NCBI GenBank assembly: GCA_048941265.1
Contig: JBHLNT010000059.1
Location: 1 to 24,058, forward strand
From: Promethearchaeota archaeon
Lineage (GTDB): Archaea > Asgardarchaeota > Lokiarchaeia > Sigyniarchaeales > SOKP01
Length of the DNA: 24,058 bases
Direction of reading: 5' to 3'
In this document: positions 1 through 9,173 of the stretch, one piece after another
Layout of the letters: each line of letters begins with the position of its first letter
How positions within the stretch are numbered: the first letter of the stretch is position 1
Translations under genes and position numbers: made by a program
The notes under the pieces: generated by a model
What the model saw: only the letters and a program-made list of their open reading frames with translations
What the model was told of the DNA's origin: nothing
The model's database searches: none

Positions 1-178
1 ATCGATTTTGAGATGTTAATTTTTATTAAATGATTATTATCAAAGCTTTGGAATTTATTGATAGCTAATAGTTAGAAAAAAATTAATAGAGAATATTTTT
101 ATGTGTTAAGTATATTATAATATTATTAAATTAAATATGGAGAATTTATTCTTTAAAGAGAAGATATGTGAATCAACT

Positions 179-463
179 ATGATTGATGTAAATGAAGTTA
201 AAGCAATAATAAAACGCTTTGAAGAGAAAGAGGGCGTCCGTGGCGTAATCATCTGTGATTCTAGTGGGCTTCCAATTAAAGCAAACCTTCCCACTGAACA
301 GACTGAGGAAGTTAGCGCATATATCACATCCCTTATAGGAAAATCAAAACAAGTTGTAGATGCACTAAGAGAGGGAAACCTAAAATTCATTCGTTTAGAG
401 ACAAGCAAGGGAGAGGTTATGGTGGCGATCGAAGAGGGACTTATCTTAATTATCTTAAAATAA
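179..463 (+). CDS. Roadblock/LC7 domain protein, dynein light chain roadblock (DYNLRB)-like, short form without C-terminal helix
   Basis: Helix EVKAIIKRFEEKEGV, strand GVIICDSSGLPIK, central helix, then LKFIRLETSKGEVMVA follows the roadblock pattern. The ORF track starts at 137, but the ATG at 179 (MIDVNEV) gives a typical ~94-aa domain. Confidence 0.88.
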   Translation: MIDVNEVKAIIKRFEEKEGVRGVIICDSSGLPIKANLPTEQTEEVSAYITSLIGKSKQVVDALREGNLKFIRLETSKGEVMVAIEEGLILIILK

Positions 464-470
464 AATCAAG

Positions 471-500
471 ATTTTTTTATTGTCATAAATTTACTTTTTT
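471..500 (+). terminator. Putative archaeal oligo-T terminator
   Basis: T7 tracts immediately after the stop at 463. Weak evidence in such an AT-rich genome. Confidence 0.35.
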
Positions 501-821
501 TAATATCATCTAAAATTGATAAAGTAAATTCAAATTGAGATAGTTTTATAAATACATAATCTTGTAATTAAATATTCCATATTAAACACGAATTCAATAC
601 TTTTTCATAGTAAACTTATGTTTTTTTACTCTTTCTCAAAGTGATATTCAAATTAGTTTAATATAAAAAAGTGATATTATTAGATTTTAAATTTTAGATA
701 TTAATAAAAAGTTTAAATTTATTTTTGAATATTGATACTATATATTCAAGTTATATCTATACTAATGAATAAAAATAATATTAAAATTCTATTATTATCA
801 ATTTAAAAGAGAGTTCTTTCA

Positions 822-1172
822 ATGAGTAAAGAAGAGATTGAAAAAAAATTTGCTCAACTAATGGATACCGTACCAGAATGCGAAGGTTTGATCGCAGCAG
901 ATTTAAACGGTAAAGTGATAATAGGGCAGACTATTACCGAAATGGACCATTCGAAGATTGCAAAAGCCTGCGTTTCAATTATTAAGGATTCAAATACATT
1001 AGGTGCTGATATTGACAAAGGATCTTTAAGAAACACAACAATTGAGCTAGAAGAGGGATTTGCGGTACTTGCAGGCTCAGAAACAACCGTATTAATTGCT
1101 TTGGCTGGAATAGATGGAAAAGCATCGCTAGGGCTTCTAAAGAGAAATTTAATAAGTATTTCAAAGTTATAA
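822..1172 (+). CDS. Roadblock/LC7 (MglB/LAMTOR-like) domain protein with C-terminal helix
   Basis: LMDTVPECEGLIAADLNGKVI, KGSLRNTTIELEEGFAVL and the terminal ASLGLLKRNL helix are typical of MglB-type roadblocks. Confidence 0.82.
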   Translation: MSKEEIEKKFAQLMDTVPECEGLIAADLNGKVIIGQTITEMDHSKIAKACVSIIKDSNTLGADIDKGSLRNTTIELEEGFAVLAGSETTVLIALAGIDGKASLGLLKRNLISISKL

Positions 1173-1192
1173 TTTTATTTTCTTCTTTTTTT
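1173..1192 (+). terminator. Putative oligo-T terminator
   Basis: TTTTATTTTCTTCTTTTTTT directly after the stop codon, in a convergent intergenic gap. Confidence 0.45.
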
Positions 1193-1262
1193 AACTTAAG
1201 TTGTATCTGAAGCTTAGAGAATTATATTTCTAAAAAACCAAAACTAGGAAGTTTAAATTTAA

Positions 1263-4200
1263 TTATTTTTTATCACCTAATCCTTCTTCTTCTAAAAGTG
1301 AATCTAAATCAGTAGATTTTTTCTTTTTGCCTTTCTTAGGTTCTTCTTTTTTTTTCCTTAAGGCTTTTTTAGGCTTAGGTTTTTTAGGTTTCTTCACTTT
1401 TCCAAGTTTCTTTTTCTTCTTTTTCTTTTGTTCAACCATCTCTTTTGTCGAAATTCGAGCTTTTTTAGGCTTCTTTTTCTTTTTTGGTTCCTTTTTTACC
1501 TTTTTTGGAGGTAGTACAACCTCTTTAGGAGGTTTTTCAACGGGAACTTCTTTAACTTCTTCTATAAGTTCTCTCTCAACTCCAAGTTCTTCTTCTAATA
1601 GTTGATCCAAATCAACCGCCTTCTTTTCTTCAATATCTTTTATTTCAGCTTCTTTTTCTTCAACTTTGGGGCGTTCAAGTTTTAACTCAGAAACTTTAAC
1701 ATATTTTCCTCTCCTTGGACGCTTTTCTTCGACTTCTTCAACTTGCTTTTCTAACTTTTTCTTAGTTTTTCTATAATAAAAGAGAGCACTAATTCCGATA
1801 AAAGCTATTAATGCTAAAAATATATAAATAAAATTCTCAACGAAATAATCAGTTAAAGGTTTATGAACAACATCTAAATTGATAGTTTTACTTACAGTAA
1901 CAATCTCTCCCGTTACAATGTTTTCTGCAATGACTTCTACTTTAACTTCCATTTCATCTGAATTTACATCACCTACTTCCAATTCGATTTTGATCGTCGT
2001 GGATTCTCCTGATCCAAAGCGATCTAAAAGACTATTATCTTCTCCTTTAATCTTATGACCAACATTCCCTACGTCAATGCTTATATCGATTTCAAGTATT
2101 TTTAGAATTGAATTTCCATTATTCTTTAAATTTACTTCTATAACTGAAAGCGTGTTTCTATAAACAAAAGTCTCATCATCCTCACTATTTATCTTAATAC
2201 TGTTTGTTTGTACTATGATATCAATATCGAAATTTTGAGTACCATTTAATGTTTCATTATCTCCCTTCCAAAGCAATCGAAATGATTTGCTTATACTCGC
2301 ATCAATTTTTCTAATTGAGCTATCCACTTTCAGTATAGTGAAGCCGGTAGAACCTGTTAAGCCAGAGGTTATATTAAACCAGGAATTACCATCATAATAT
2401 TGACATAATACTTCTTTATTAGATAAAGGTTCATCAAATTCTGTTGCTAAATTAGCGCCAATTGTAAAAATTTTTCCCTCAAGAGGTTTTTCGGGAGTTA
2501 TCGTTATATTCCAAAATTTAATAGGGCTTTTTAACCCAATAGAAAAGTCCACTAAATTGTAAATGCTCATATAATCCTTATTAACAACATTAGCAATAAA
2601 AGTACAATTTTCAGGAAGATATATACATTCCCCTCTTGCAAAATATTGCAAAATTGTGCGAGGTGTTACTGGTTCTTTTAAAGTAATTACATAAGCATCA
2701 TAAATGTCATCTTTTTCTGGTATGAGAAGGGAATAATCTTCGCTCATATAGCTCCCTGCATAATTATCTTCTATATATACTTTAACTAACGTTTTTGCAC
2801 CTCCCTGCCGAATTGGTGCATTTAATCCGTCCCAAGTTAAATCATCTTCATCATAGGAGGGTAATTCTAAATCAACACTAAATATTTGTCTATCTCCTGC
2901 ATCTCCTAATAATTTTAAATTTTTTGTATCAGAAGTAGCGTTGGTTATAATCCATTGATTATTTATATATGAAACAAGCAGCACTTCAATTTTTACATCT
3001 AAATCATAAAAAGGATCTCTATTCTGAATAGTTGTTTCAATATGAATTGTTTCATCAGGATTTAGAATTGTTTCATTTTGCTTGAAATTGCTCATATATA
3101 CTTGGAATTTATAACCACTATAATCTGGTGAATATAAAAAAGTACCCTCTTCTGATGAAACTGAATTATTTACTGAATAAAAGTCTGGATCATACACACC
3201 TGTGCTTTCATTTACAACAGCGATCAACATTTCGGCACCGTAAGGATAATCTTTAGAATTATTCATCTGTACCGTTCCAGAAAGTAAATATTTATCCGCC
3301 ATACTATCAAAAGTACAATCTTCCAGCAATGTAATATAAGAATCTATATAAATTGGGATTTTATTGCATCCAACAATCGAATCATTTGTCCAGAAATACC
3401 CTAAATAATAAGTTCCTTGCACGGGAATATCCTTAGTGACGTTATATATTGTCAATTTATTAAAATCATAAGAAAGCCGAGTCCCATCTTTAGACAAATT
3501 ACCATTGCTGTATTCTAGATTATTAATATAAGTCCCATTCGGATAAAATAATGATACATTTATAAAACCACTCTTCGGTGCTAAATTGTTTGGTCCTTGA
3601 ATTTTGGCGCTTATTGAAATATTGTCTCCAAACATGAAGCCATTGGATTTCCACAATATTCCTTTATAATTAATATAACTATACATCCCATCGTCTTTTA
3701 TGGCATTAAATCCAGTTAAATAGAGTGAATAAGTTCCATTAAACTCATCCCTTTCGGAAAGTGAGGTATTTATAATATTTGTAGAGATACTAACTTTTAA
3801 GAACCCTGGTATGTTTTTTATTGAAGCCTCACGTGTTTGACTAAATATTTCAGTACCATTTGGAGTAGTTAAATTATGAGCTGTAAAGTAATTTGGATAT
3901 ACAAACCATAATTTATTAAAGTCCCATTTGTAGGTGGAAAATTTATCTAGATCTAAAGTATAATTAAAAATCCATTCGGGATCATAATCATAATTAGCCA
4001 TATAATACGTTGTAGCATTTTCAACTCGATATGCAATTGCTGTATAGTTGACATCAAACTCGAAACCTTTAATATATGTCATATTCCAGGTTAAATTCAC
4101 ACGAAAATTATTTAAGATATCAATTTTAATGGGATTAGTAAAATTATGATTCCATACCCCTAAACCCCAGGTTAGATCTGGACTATTAGGATATTGGATT

Positions 4201-5723
4201 CTAAGATTAGTTAAAAATTCTTCATTTTCAATCTGTAATGTTTCTTCACCTTCAATTTCAAAGTCTGAGGGCATATATCCTCTTGTGATATTCAACTTAA
4301 AAAGATGGGCATCTAATGGAATTGTATTAAGAGCACGAGTATTTAACTCAGATCTTGCTAAACTCCAAGAATCTCCATTGTTTTTTGAAATTTCTATTTG
4401 ATGATCTACTTCATTATCCCCATTTGGTCCAGTAGCGGGAAGTGTAACTAAACTATAGACTCCACTTGATACATTTGATGTAATAACAATATAATAATTA
4501 TATCGACTTAAATTATAAGTCTCTTCTGTATCAAATTTAAAATAAGTAAGCTGATCACCATGATAATCATCGAATTCTATAATCATTGAATCTAATAACT
4601 GGGACAAATCGGGTTCTATATGTAAATTTACCGATCTTAAATTGGTTGTTGTGGGTTTCATCGTACTGTTTGCTCGATAAAGAGAAATGTTTAAATGCCC
4701 AAAAAGTGCTTGATCCAGATCCAATGTCCTAATCCACGCATAAAATCCATTAATAGTTGAATTAGTACCTCTTAAATCTAATTCTAACGCAACCCAGTTA
4801 TTTGTAGCAATCGGTAATTCAAATACAACTATTGCACTTAAATCAAATTCGCGTAGTAAGACAAAAAAATCCGTAGTATCTGTTCTATTAAAGATAAACC
4901 TAATTAGGGTACTATCTGAATCATTTATAAACCTTAAGTTTTTATTTACAATTAATTTGTCGATATGTCGTCTACCCAGAGTATAGTTAATTTCAACATT
5001 ATCAATGATGGTGCTCCACTGATTCTCATGAAAATCCCTTATTTGGACCGTAACATTAGCATAATTACTTAAACTATATGTAAAATTCAATATAAGACCT
5101 ACAATATTATCTTTATCAAAAGGTAAATCAGTACGTCCACCAGATTGAGAAGCACCAGTAAAATCAGCCAATGTAATAAAGTCTACGGAATTAGCACCAT
5201 TAGTACTGATATTCCAATAGGTATTGGAGTTCTCATCAACCACTTGACTATAACCACCATCTCCATCTACCCCTTCATTAATAATAATATTTGAACTGCC
5301 CTCTACAAAGGGATAATTCTCGAAATAGGAAGTAATCGGATTTAAAGCACTACTTTCTTCTACAATATACTCCGTTGTGTAATTATTATTAAACCCAAAT
5401 CTAAAATCTCCATAATCTAGATACATATTATCTGCAGGAGCAGCTATATCAAAATATGCTTCTTCATTTCCTATTGATTTAGAGACATTTTTCATATAAA
5501 CCCTAACTGGTTGATTTACTCCTTCTCCAGTAATATAACTTGTTAAATTAGAAGCAGAACTTTTAGGGTACTCATTCTGATCCTTATTAAATGGAATGTT
5601 AGAATTATTTTCATTCATAATTGGATTATAGCCTGTAAAGGGAGTAATATTTGAAAATAGTATTAAAATTATTAATAAGCTTATTAAAAAAATTCCTTTG
5701 ACTTTTATTTTTTGTCGAATCAA
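1263..5723 (-). CDS. Large single-pass cell-surface glycoprotein (signal peptide, beta-rich ectodomain with Ig/CARDB-like segments, C-terminal TM helix, Lys/Glu-rich cytoplasmic tail)
   Basis: Basic then hydrophobic N-terminus (KIKVKGIFLISLLIILILFS). Many N-x-S/T sequons. CARDB-like IEVNLKNNGNS...GSGESTTIKIELEV. TM FIYIFLALIAFIGISALFYY at ~1773-1835, followed by a K/E-rich tail. The start is a TTG and is uncertain. Confidence 0.8.
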   Translation of the reverse strand: MIRQKIKVKGIFLISLLIILILFSNITPFTGYNPIMNENNSNIPFNKDQNEYPKSSASNLTSYITGEGVNQPVRVYMKNVSKSIGNEEAYFDIAAPADNMYLDYGDFRFGFNNNYTTEYIVEESSALNPITSYFENYPFVEGSSNIIINEGVDGDGGYSQVVDENSNTYWNISTNGANSVDFITLADFTGASQSGGRTDLPFDKDNIVGLILNFTYSLSNYANVTVQIRDFHENQWSTIIDNVEINYTLGRRHIDKLIVNKNLRFINDSDSTLIRFIFNRTDTTDFFVLLREFDLSAIVVFELPIATNNWVALELDLRGTNSTINGFYAWIRTLDLDQALFGHLNISLYRANSTMKPTTTNLRSVNLHIEPDLSQLLDSMIIEFDDYHGDQLTYFKFDTEETYNLSRYNYYIVITSNVSSGVYSLVTLPATGPNGDNEVDHQIEISKNNGDSWSLARSELNTRALNTIPLDAHLFKLNITRGYMPSDFEIEGEETLQIENEEFLTNLRIQYPNSPDLTWGLGVWNHNFTNPIKIDILNNFRVNLTWNMTYIKGFEFDVNYTAIAYRVENATTYYMANYDYDPEWIFNYTLDLDKFSTYKWDFNKLWFVYPNYFTAHNLTTPNGTEIFSQTREASIKNIPGFLKVSISTNIINTSLSERDEFNGTYSLYLTGFNAIKDDGMYSYINYKGILWKSNGFMFGDNISISAKIQGPNNLAPKSGFINVSLFYPNGTYINNLEYSNGNLSKDGTRLSYDFNKLTIYNVTKDIPVQGTYYLGYFWTNDSIVGCNKIPIYIDSYITLLEDCTFDSMADKYLLSGTVQMNNSKDYPYGAEMLIAVVNESTGVYDPDFYSVNNSVSSEEGTFLYSPDYSGYKFQVYMSNFKQNETILNPDETIHIETTIQNRDPFYDLDVKIEVLLVSYINNQWIITNATSDTKNLKLLGDAGDRQIFSVDLELPSYDEDDLTWDGLNAPIRQGGAKTLVKVYIEDNYAGSYMSEDYSLLIPEKDDIYDAYVITLKEPVTPRTILQYFARGECIYLPENCTFIANVVNKDYMSIYNLVDFSIGLKSPIKFWNITITPEKPLEGKIFTIGANLATEFDEPLSNKEVLCQYYDGNSWFNITSGLTGSTGFTILKVDSSIRKIDASISKSFRLLWKGDNETLNGTQNFDIDIIVQTNSIKINSEDDETFVYRNTLSVIEVNLKNNGNSILKILEIDISIDVGNVGHKIKGEDNSLLDRFGSGESTTIKIELEVGDVNSDEMEVKVEVIAENIVTGEIVTVSKTINLDVVHKPLTDYFVENFIYIFLALIAFIGISALFYYRKTKKKLEKQVEEVEEKRPRRGKYVKVSELKLERPKVEEKEAEIKDIEEKKAVDLDQLLEEELGVERELIEEVKEVPVEKPPKEVVLPPKKVKKEPKKKKKPKKARISTKEMVEQKKKKKKKLGKVKKPKKPKPKKALRKKKEEPKKGKKKKSTDLDSLLEEEGLGDKK

Positions 5724-5895
5724 AAGAATTACCGGGTATAATCCAATTTAATTTATTTATAAAGTTATTTAATTCTATTAAAATTTCCTAAATTTTTTAT
5801 ATTTGACTGAAAGTTAGAGTTTTTTGTAAAATTATATAATTCCTTAAAGCATTTTATGATTTGTATATTTATAAAACATTAAAAGGAAAACTAAT
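5724..5895. promoter_or_regulatory. Divergent promoter region with candidate TATA boxes
   Basis: TTTATAAA at 5756-5763 (33-40 nt before the minus-strand start) and at 5868-5875 (21-28 nt before ATG 5896). Low specificity in AT-rich DNA. Confidence 0.35.
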
Positions 5896-7245
5896 ATGAG
5901 CGAAGAAATAATTCTTAAAGAGATTGAGAACAATAAAGAGAAATATGTGGAATTTTTTAGGGATTTAATCAAAACTGAATCGTTTAATCCACCGGGGAAT
6001 GAAAAAAACGTAGCTTTAAAGATAGATGAATTTCTGAAAGAATCTAATATTAAATGCGAGATATTTCCATTTGGATCTAATCGTGCAAATTTAATAGCAT
6101 ATTTAAATGATAAATTTGAAAATAAAAATTTGTTATATAATGGACATATGGATGTCGTACCACCTGGGGCTGTGGAAGATTGGAAATATCCTCCTCTTTC
6201 AGCAACTGTAAAAAGGAAAAAATTTATTTATGGAAGAGGGGCCGCAGATATGAAAGGGGGTTTAGCAGCAATGGCTATCGCTTTAAAACTATTGAAAAAC
6301 TTAAATATAGATTTAAAAGGAAATTTGATTTTCAATGCTGTTGCTGATGAAGAAACTGGAGGGAAATTTGGCACTCAATGGTGTTTAGACAATAAATTAA
6401 AATCAATTAAATGCGACTTTGCTATTGTAGGTGAGAGCTCAAATTATAAGCCGTTATCGCACGCGATTGTTTTGGGAGAAAAAGGGCGTGTACAACTTAA
6501 AATAATTGCTAAAGGGGTATCAGGTCATGCTTCTGTACCGTTTCTCGGGAAAAATGCCATATATATGATGAATAATCTTATTCAAAATTTAGATAAGCTA
6601 GATGATTTAATGCCTAAAATTAATCCCCCTATATCGTTAGAAGAACTTAAAACACTTTTAAGTGCTTCATTTCCGACTCAAGAAAGTTTTGAACGTGTTT
6701 ATAATGAGCAACCACTTTTATCCAATGTATCAAAAGCTCTTACTCAGTTTACAAAAATGCTTACAATGATTAAAGCAGGAATAAAAGAAAACGTGATTCC
6801 CGATCATTGTGAGGCAATTATGGACTTTAGATTATTACCAGGCCAAACTAAAGAAATGATCCTTAAAGCATTAAAGAAATTAATTACCGATATCGGATAT
6901 GAAATAAAGGATGCTCCAAAAGCCCTTCCAGAGGAGACCTTTTTCTATTTAGAGGTAGAAGAAGCCTCTGAACCCTCTTATTGGAGTGATTGGGAAAACT
7001 CCAAAGATTTAAAGAATTTTTATGATATAGTTGAGAAATATTATGGTAAAAAACCCTTTTATTTTCTATTACCCGCTTCTGCAGATGTTAATTATTTACG
7101 TAATACAAATTATTGTAAAAGTTCAATAATATTTGGTCCAGGAGTGGGAACTACGGCTCATGCAGTGGATGAATATGTCGAAATTGAAGATTTCATAAAT
7201 GCGATAAAAGTATACACCCTATTTGCTTACCATTTCTTGAAATGA
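5896..7245 (+). CDS. M20 family metallo-hydrolase (ArgE/DapE-like deacylase/peptidase)
   Basis: Metal and catalytic motifs NGHMDVVP, GRGAADMKGG, ADEETGG, VGE, GHAS.P..G.NAI, NVIPD and AHAVDEYV. Confidence 0.93.
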   Translation: MSEEIILKEIENNKEKYVEFFRDLIKTESFNPPGNEKNVALKIDEFLKESNIKCEIFPFGSNRANLIAYLNDKFENKNLLYNGHMDVVPPGAVEDWKYPPLSATVKRKKFIYGRGAADMKGGLAAMAIALKLLKNLNIDLKGNLIFNAVADEETGGKFGTQWCLDNKLKSIKCDFAIVGESSNYKPLSHAIVLGEKGRVQLKIIAKGVSGHASVPFLGKNAIYMMNNLIQNLDKLDDLMPKINPPISLEELKTLLSASFPTQESFERVYNEQPLLSNVSKALTQFTKMLTMIKAGIKENVIPDHCEAIMDFRLLPGQTKEMILKALKKLITDIGYEIKDAPKALPEETFFYLEVEEASEPSYWSDWENSKDLKNFYDIVEKYYGKKPFYFLLPASADVNYLRNTNYCKSSIIFGPGVGTTAHAVDEYVEIEDFINAIKVYTLFAYHFLK

Positions 7246-7335
7246 TAATCATTTAAATTTTAAAATAAATAGTTATTTATCTTTTTTACATTATTATTTC
7301 TTAAAACACATTCAATAAGTTTAGAGTAAAAAAAA

Positions 7336-8520
7336 TTGCATGATATCAAACTTGAAGATACAATACTTGTGTTAGATGCCTCGAGATCGATGCTAAGAAC
7401 TGATTTGAAACCTAATCGGCTTACAATTGCGTTACTAGCTGCTAAAAACTTCATTCAAACTAAATTTGCAATTGATCCTAAAGATAGAATTTCTATTGTC
7501 TGCTTTGGCAAAAATTCTAAAAAATTAATTTCATTTTCTCATGACGAAGCTCTCTTGATAAAAAATTTAAAAGAGGTTCAGATTTCTGGTAAAGGAGTTG
7601 TTCATGAAGCAATTGCTCTTTCATTACAACTTATTGTTGAAGAAATGCGCAAACTTGGTGGAAAAGTCAATAGAATTTTCATTATAAGTGATAATAAGTT
7701 AAAAACTAATCTTATAAGGCTGGAGAAATTAATTAATATTTCAAAAGGATTAGGGATTTTTATTGATACTTGTCAGATAGGGAAACCACAGGGAACTGAT
7801 CAAAATATTTTAAAAAAAATTGCTCAACTGACAAATGGAGAATATGGATATTTTGCTAATGAAAAAGCAATAATAAATTCGGGTAAATCATATGCTTCCA
7901 AAAAGATGATTCAAGAAGCTCCAGATTTTTATACCGCTCAAGTAAAGGAGAAATCACCTCCATTAGTGAGTGAAATTGCTTTATCCTTAAGAAGACCAAG
8001 TGTTATGGAAATTCGTTTTATGATGAGAAATGGTGGAAAAGAACAAGAAAAATGCCAGATCTGCCATTCAATTAAAGCCCCGACCGGATCTGACTTTTAT
8101 ACAGAGGGTAGATTTTGTCCGAACTGTGATCGCCCTATGCATTTATCTTGCGCCTCAATGTGGGCAGCAAAATCTGAACATAAAGAAAATGTTTTTCGTT
8201 GCCCTTTTTGCTATTTTCTACTTAAACTTCCGAAATCGGCTTCAAAATTGATGAGAGGTAAAGAGGAAGAATCTGAAAAGAAAATTAGTATAATAGATGA
8301 CGATGACTACAAAAAAACGAAGATGATCGAGATTGATGAAAAGAATATTAATCAAATAGATGAGTCTTGCACTTATTGTCATAATATCTTTTTAGGTGAA
8401 TATAAAGTATTCCAGTGCGTAAAATGCGGATCTTATTATCATGAACCTTGTCTTCAGAAAATTTATAGTGAAATTAAGTCATGTAGATTTTGCGGTGCGG
8501 AAATTGATTTTGAATTTTAA
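7336..8520 (+). CDS. vWA domain protein with two C4HC3 RING-type zinc fingers (TFIIH p44/Ssl1-like)
   Basis: MIDAS DASRSM followed by DLKPNRL. RING1 is CQIC..CPNC..HLSC..W..CPFC (~8053-8211). RING2 is CTYC..CVKC..HEPC..CRFC (~8368-8493). TTG start. Confidence 0.82.
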   Translation: MHDIKLEDTILVLDASRSMLRTDLKPNRLTIALLAAKNFIQTKFAIDPKDRISIVCFGKNSKKLISFSHDEALLIKNLKEVQISGKGVVHEAIALSLQLIVEEMRKLGGKVNRIFIISDNKLKTNLIRLEKLINISKGLGIFIDTCQIGKPQGTDQNILKKIAQLTNGEYGYFANEKAIINSGKSYASKKMIQEAPDFYTAQVKEKSPPLVSEIALSLRRPSVMEIRFMMRNGGKEQEKCQICHSIKAPTGSDFYTEGRFCPNCDRPMHLSCASMWAAKSEHKENVFRCPFCYFLLKLPKSASKLMRGKEEESEKKISIIDDDDYKKTKMIEIDEKNINQIDESCTYCHNIFLGEYKVFQCVKCGSYYHEPCLQKIYSEIKSCRFCGAEIDFEF

Positions 8521-8557
8521 GCTATAAAATTATTCTATTTTATAAATTGATTAGATT

Positions 8558-8971
8558 TTAATCACTTTTAGAATTCAAAAGTTTACTAATCAATATCTCA
8601 TCGTTAAATGTTCCATTATCCAATAAAATAGCTAATCTTTTAATTCCTCCAACCTTGTAATGTAATTTATCTAAATATACGTGCTTTGCAACATGATTCC
8701 TTGATTGAAACGAAGCTTCAAGTTTTATTAATCCTATTTGAATGGCTCCATTTTCTAGAGTTTTAAGTATTATTGTTCCAATCCCTTGATTATGAAAATC
8801 TGGATGAACAATAATCCCCCATTTTCCTATGTGTTTTATTCTTTCATTCATTAATTTTCTATGCAAATAAATTAATCCAATTAGTTTATCTTTATAAAAA
8901 GCACCGATCACAATATTCTCATCTGGATGAGTTAATTTATCATATAATTTTTTCCGAACTTCTTCTAACAT
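8558..8971 (-). CDS. GNAT family N-acetyltransferase (possibly 5'-truncated)
   Basis: Motif A IIVHPDFHNQGIGT, motif B SRNHVAKHVY, and C-terminal NGTFNDEILISKL. The usual first strand and helix appear to be missing from the called ORF. Confidence 0.82.
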   Translation of the reverse strand: MLEEVRKKLYDKLTHPDENIVIGAFYKDKLIGLIYLHRKLMNERIKHIGKWGIIVHPDFHNQGIGTIILKTLENGAIQIGLIKLEASFQSRNHVAKHVYLDKLHYKVGGIKRLAILLDNGTFNDEILISKLLNSKSD

Positions 8972-9160
8972 TTTTATTTTTGTTTTTGACCTTAAGAATT
9001 GATCAACCTGGGATCTCCAATATTTAAAATTAAATTAGTCTATCGAAGTTTAGATTTTTTGTAAACTGAATTTATTTTTGAATAATAAAAATATTAAATA
9101 ATCCCCGTATTTATTTAAAATATTTAAGGGAACAATCGTTTTATTACTAAAAATATGAGT

Positions 9161-9165
9161 GAGGT
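9161..9165 (+). promoter_or_regulatory. Shine-Dalgarno motif for metG
   Basis: GAGGT located 8 nt before the TTG start at 9174. Confidence 0.6.
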
Positions 9166-9173
9166 AGTTCAAT

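Noticed and set aside
1327-1605. 92-aa Phe-rich + strand ORF that looks like a membrane peptide
   Set aside because: It is the antisense shadow of the poly-Lys tail of the 1486-aa gene (AAA/AAG codons read as TTT/CTT).
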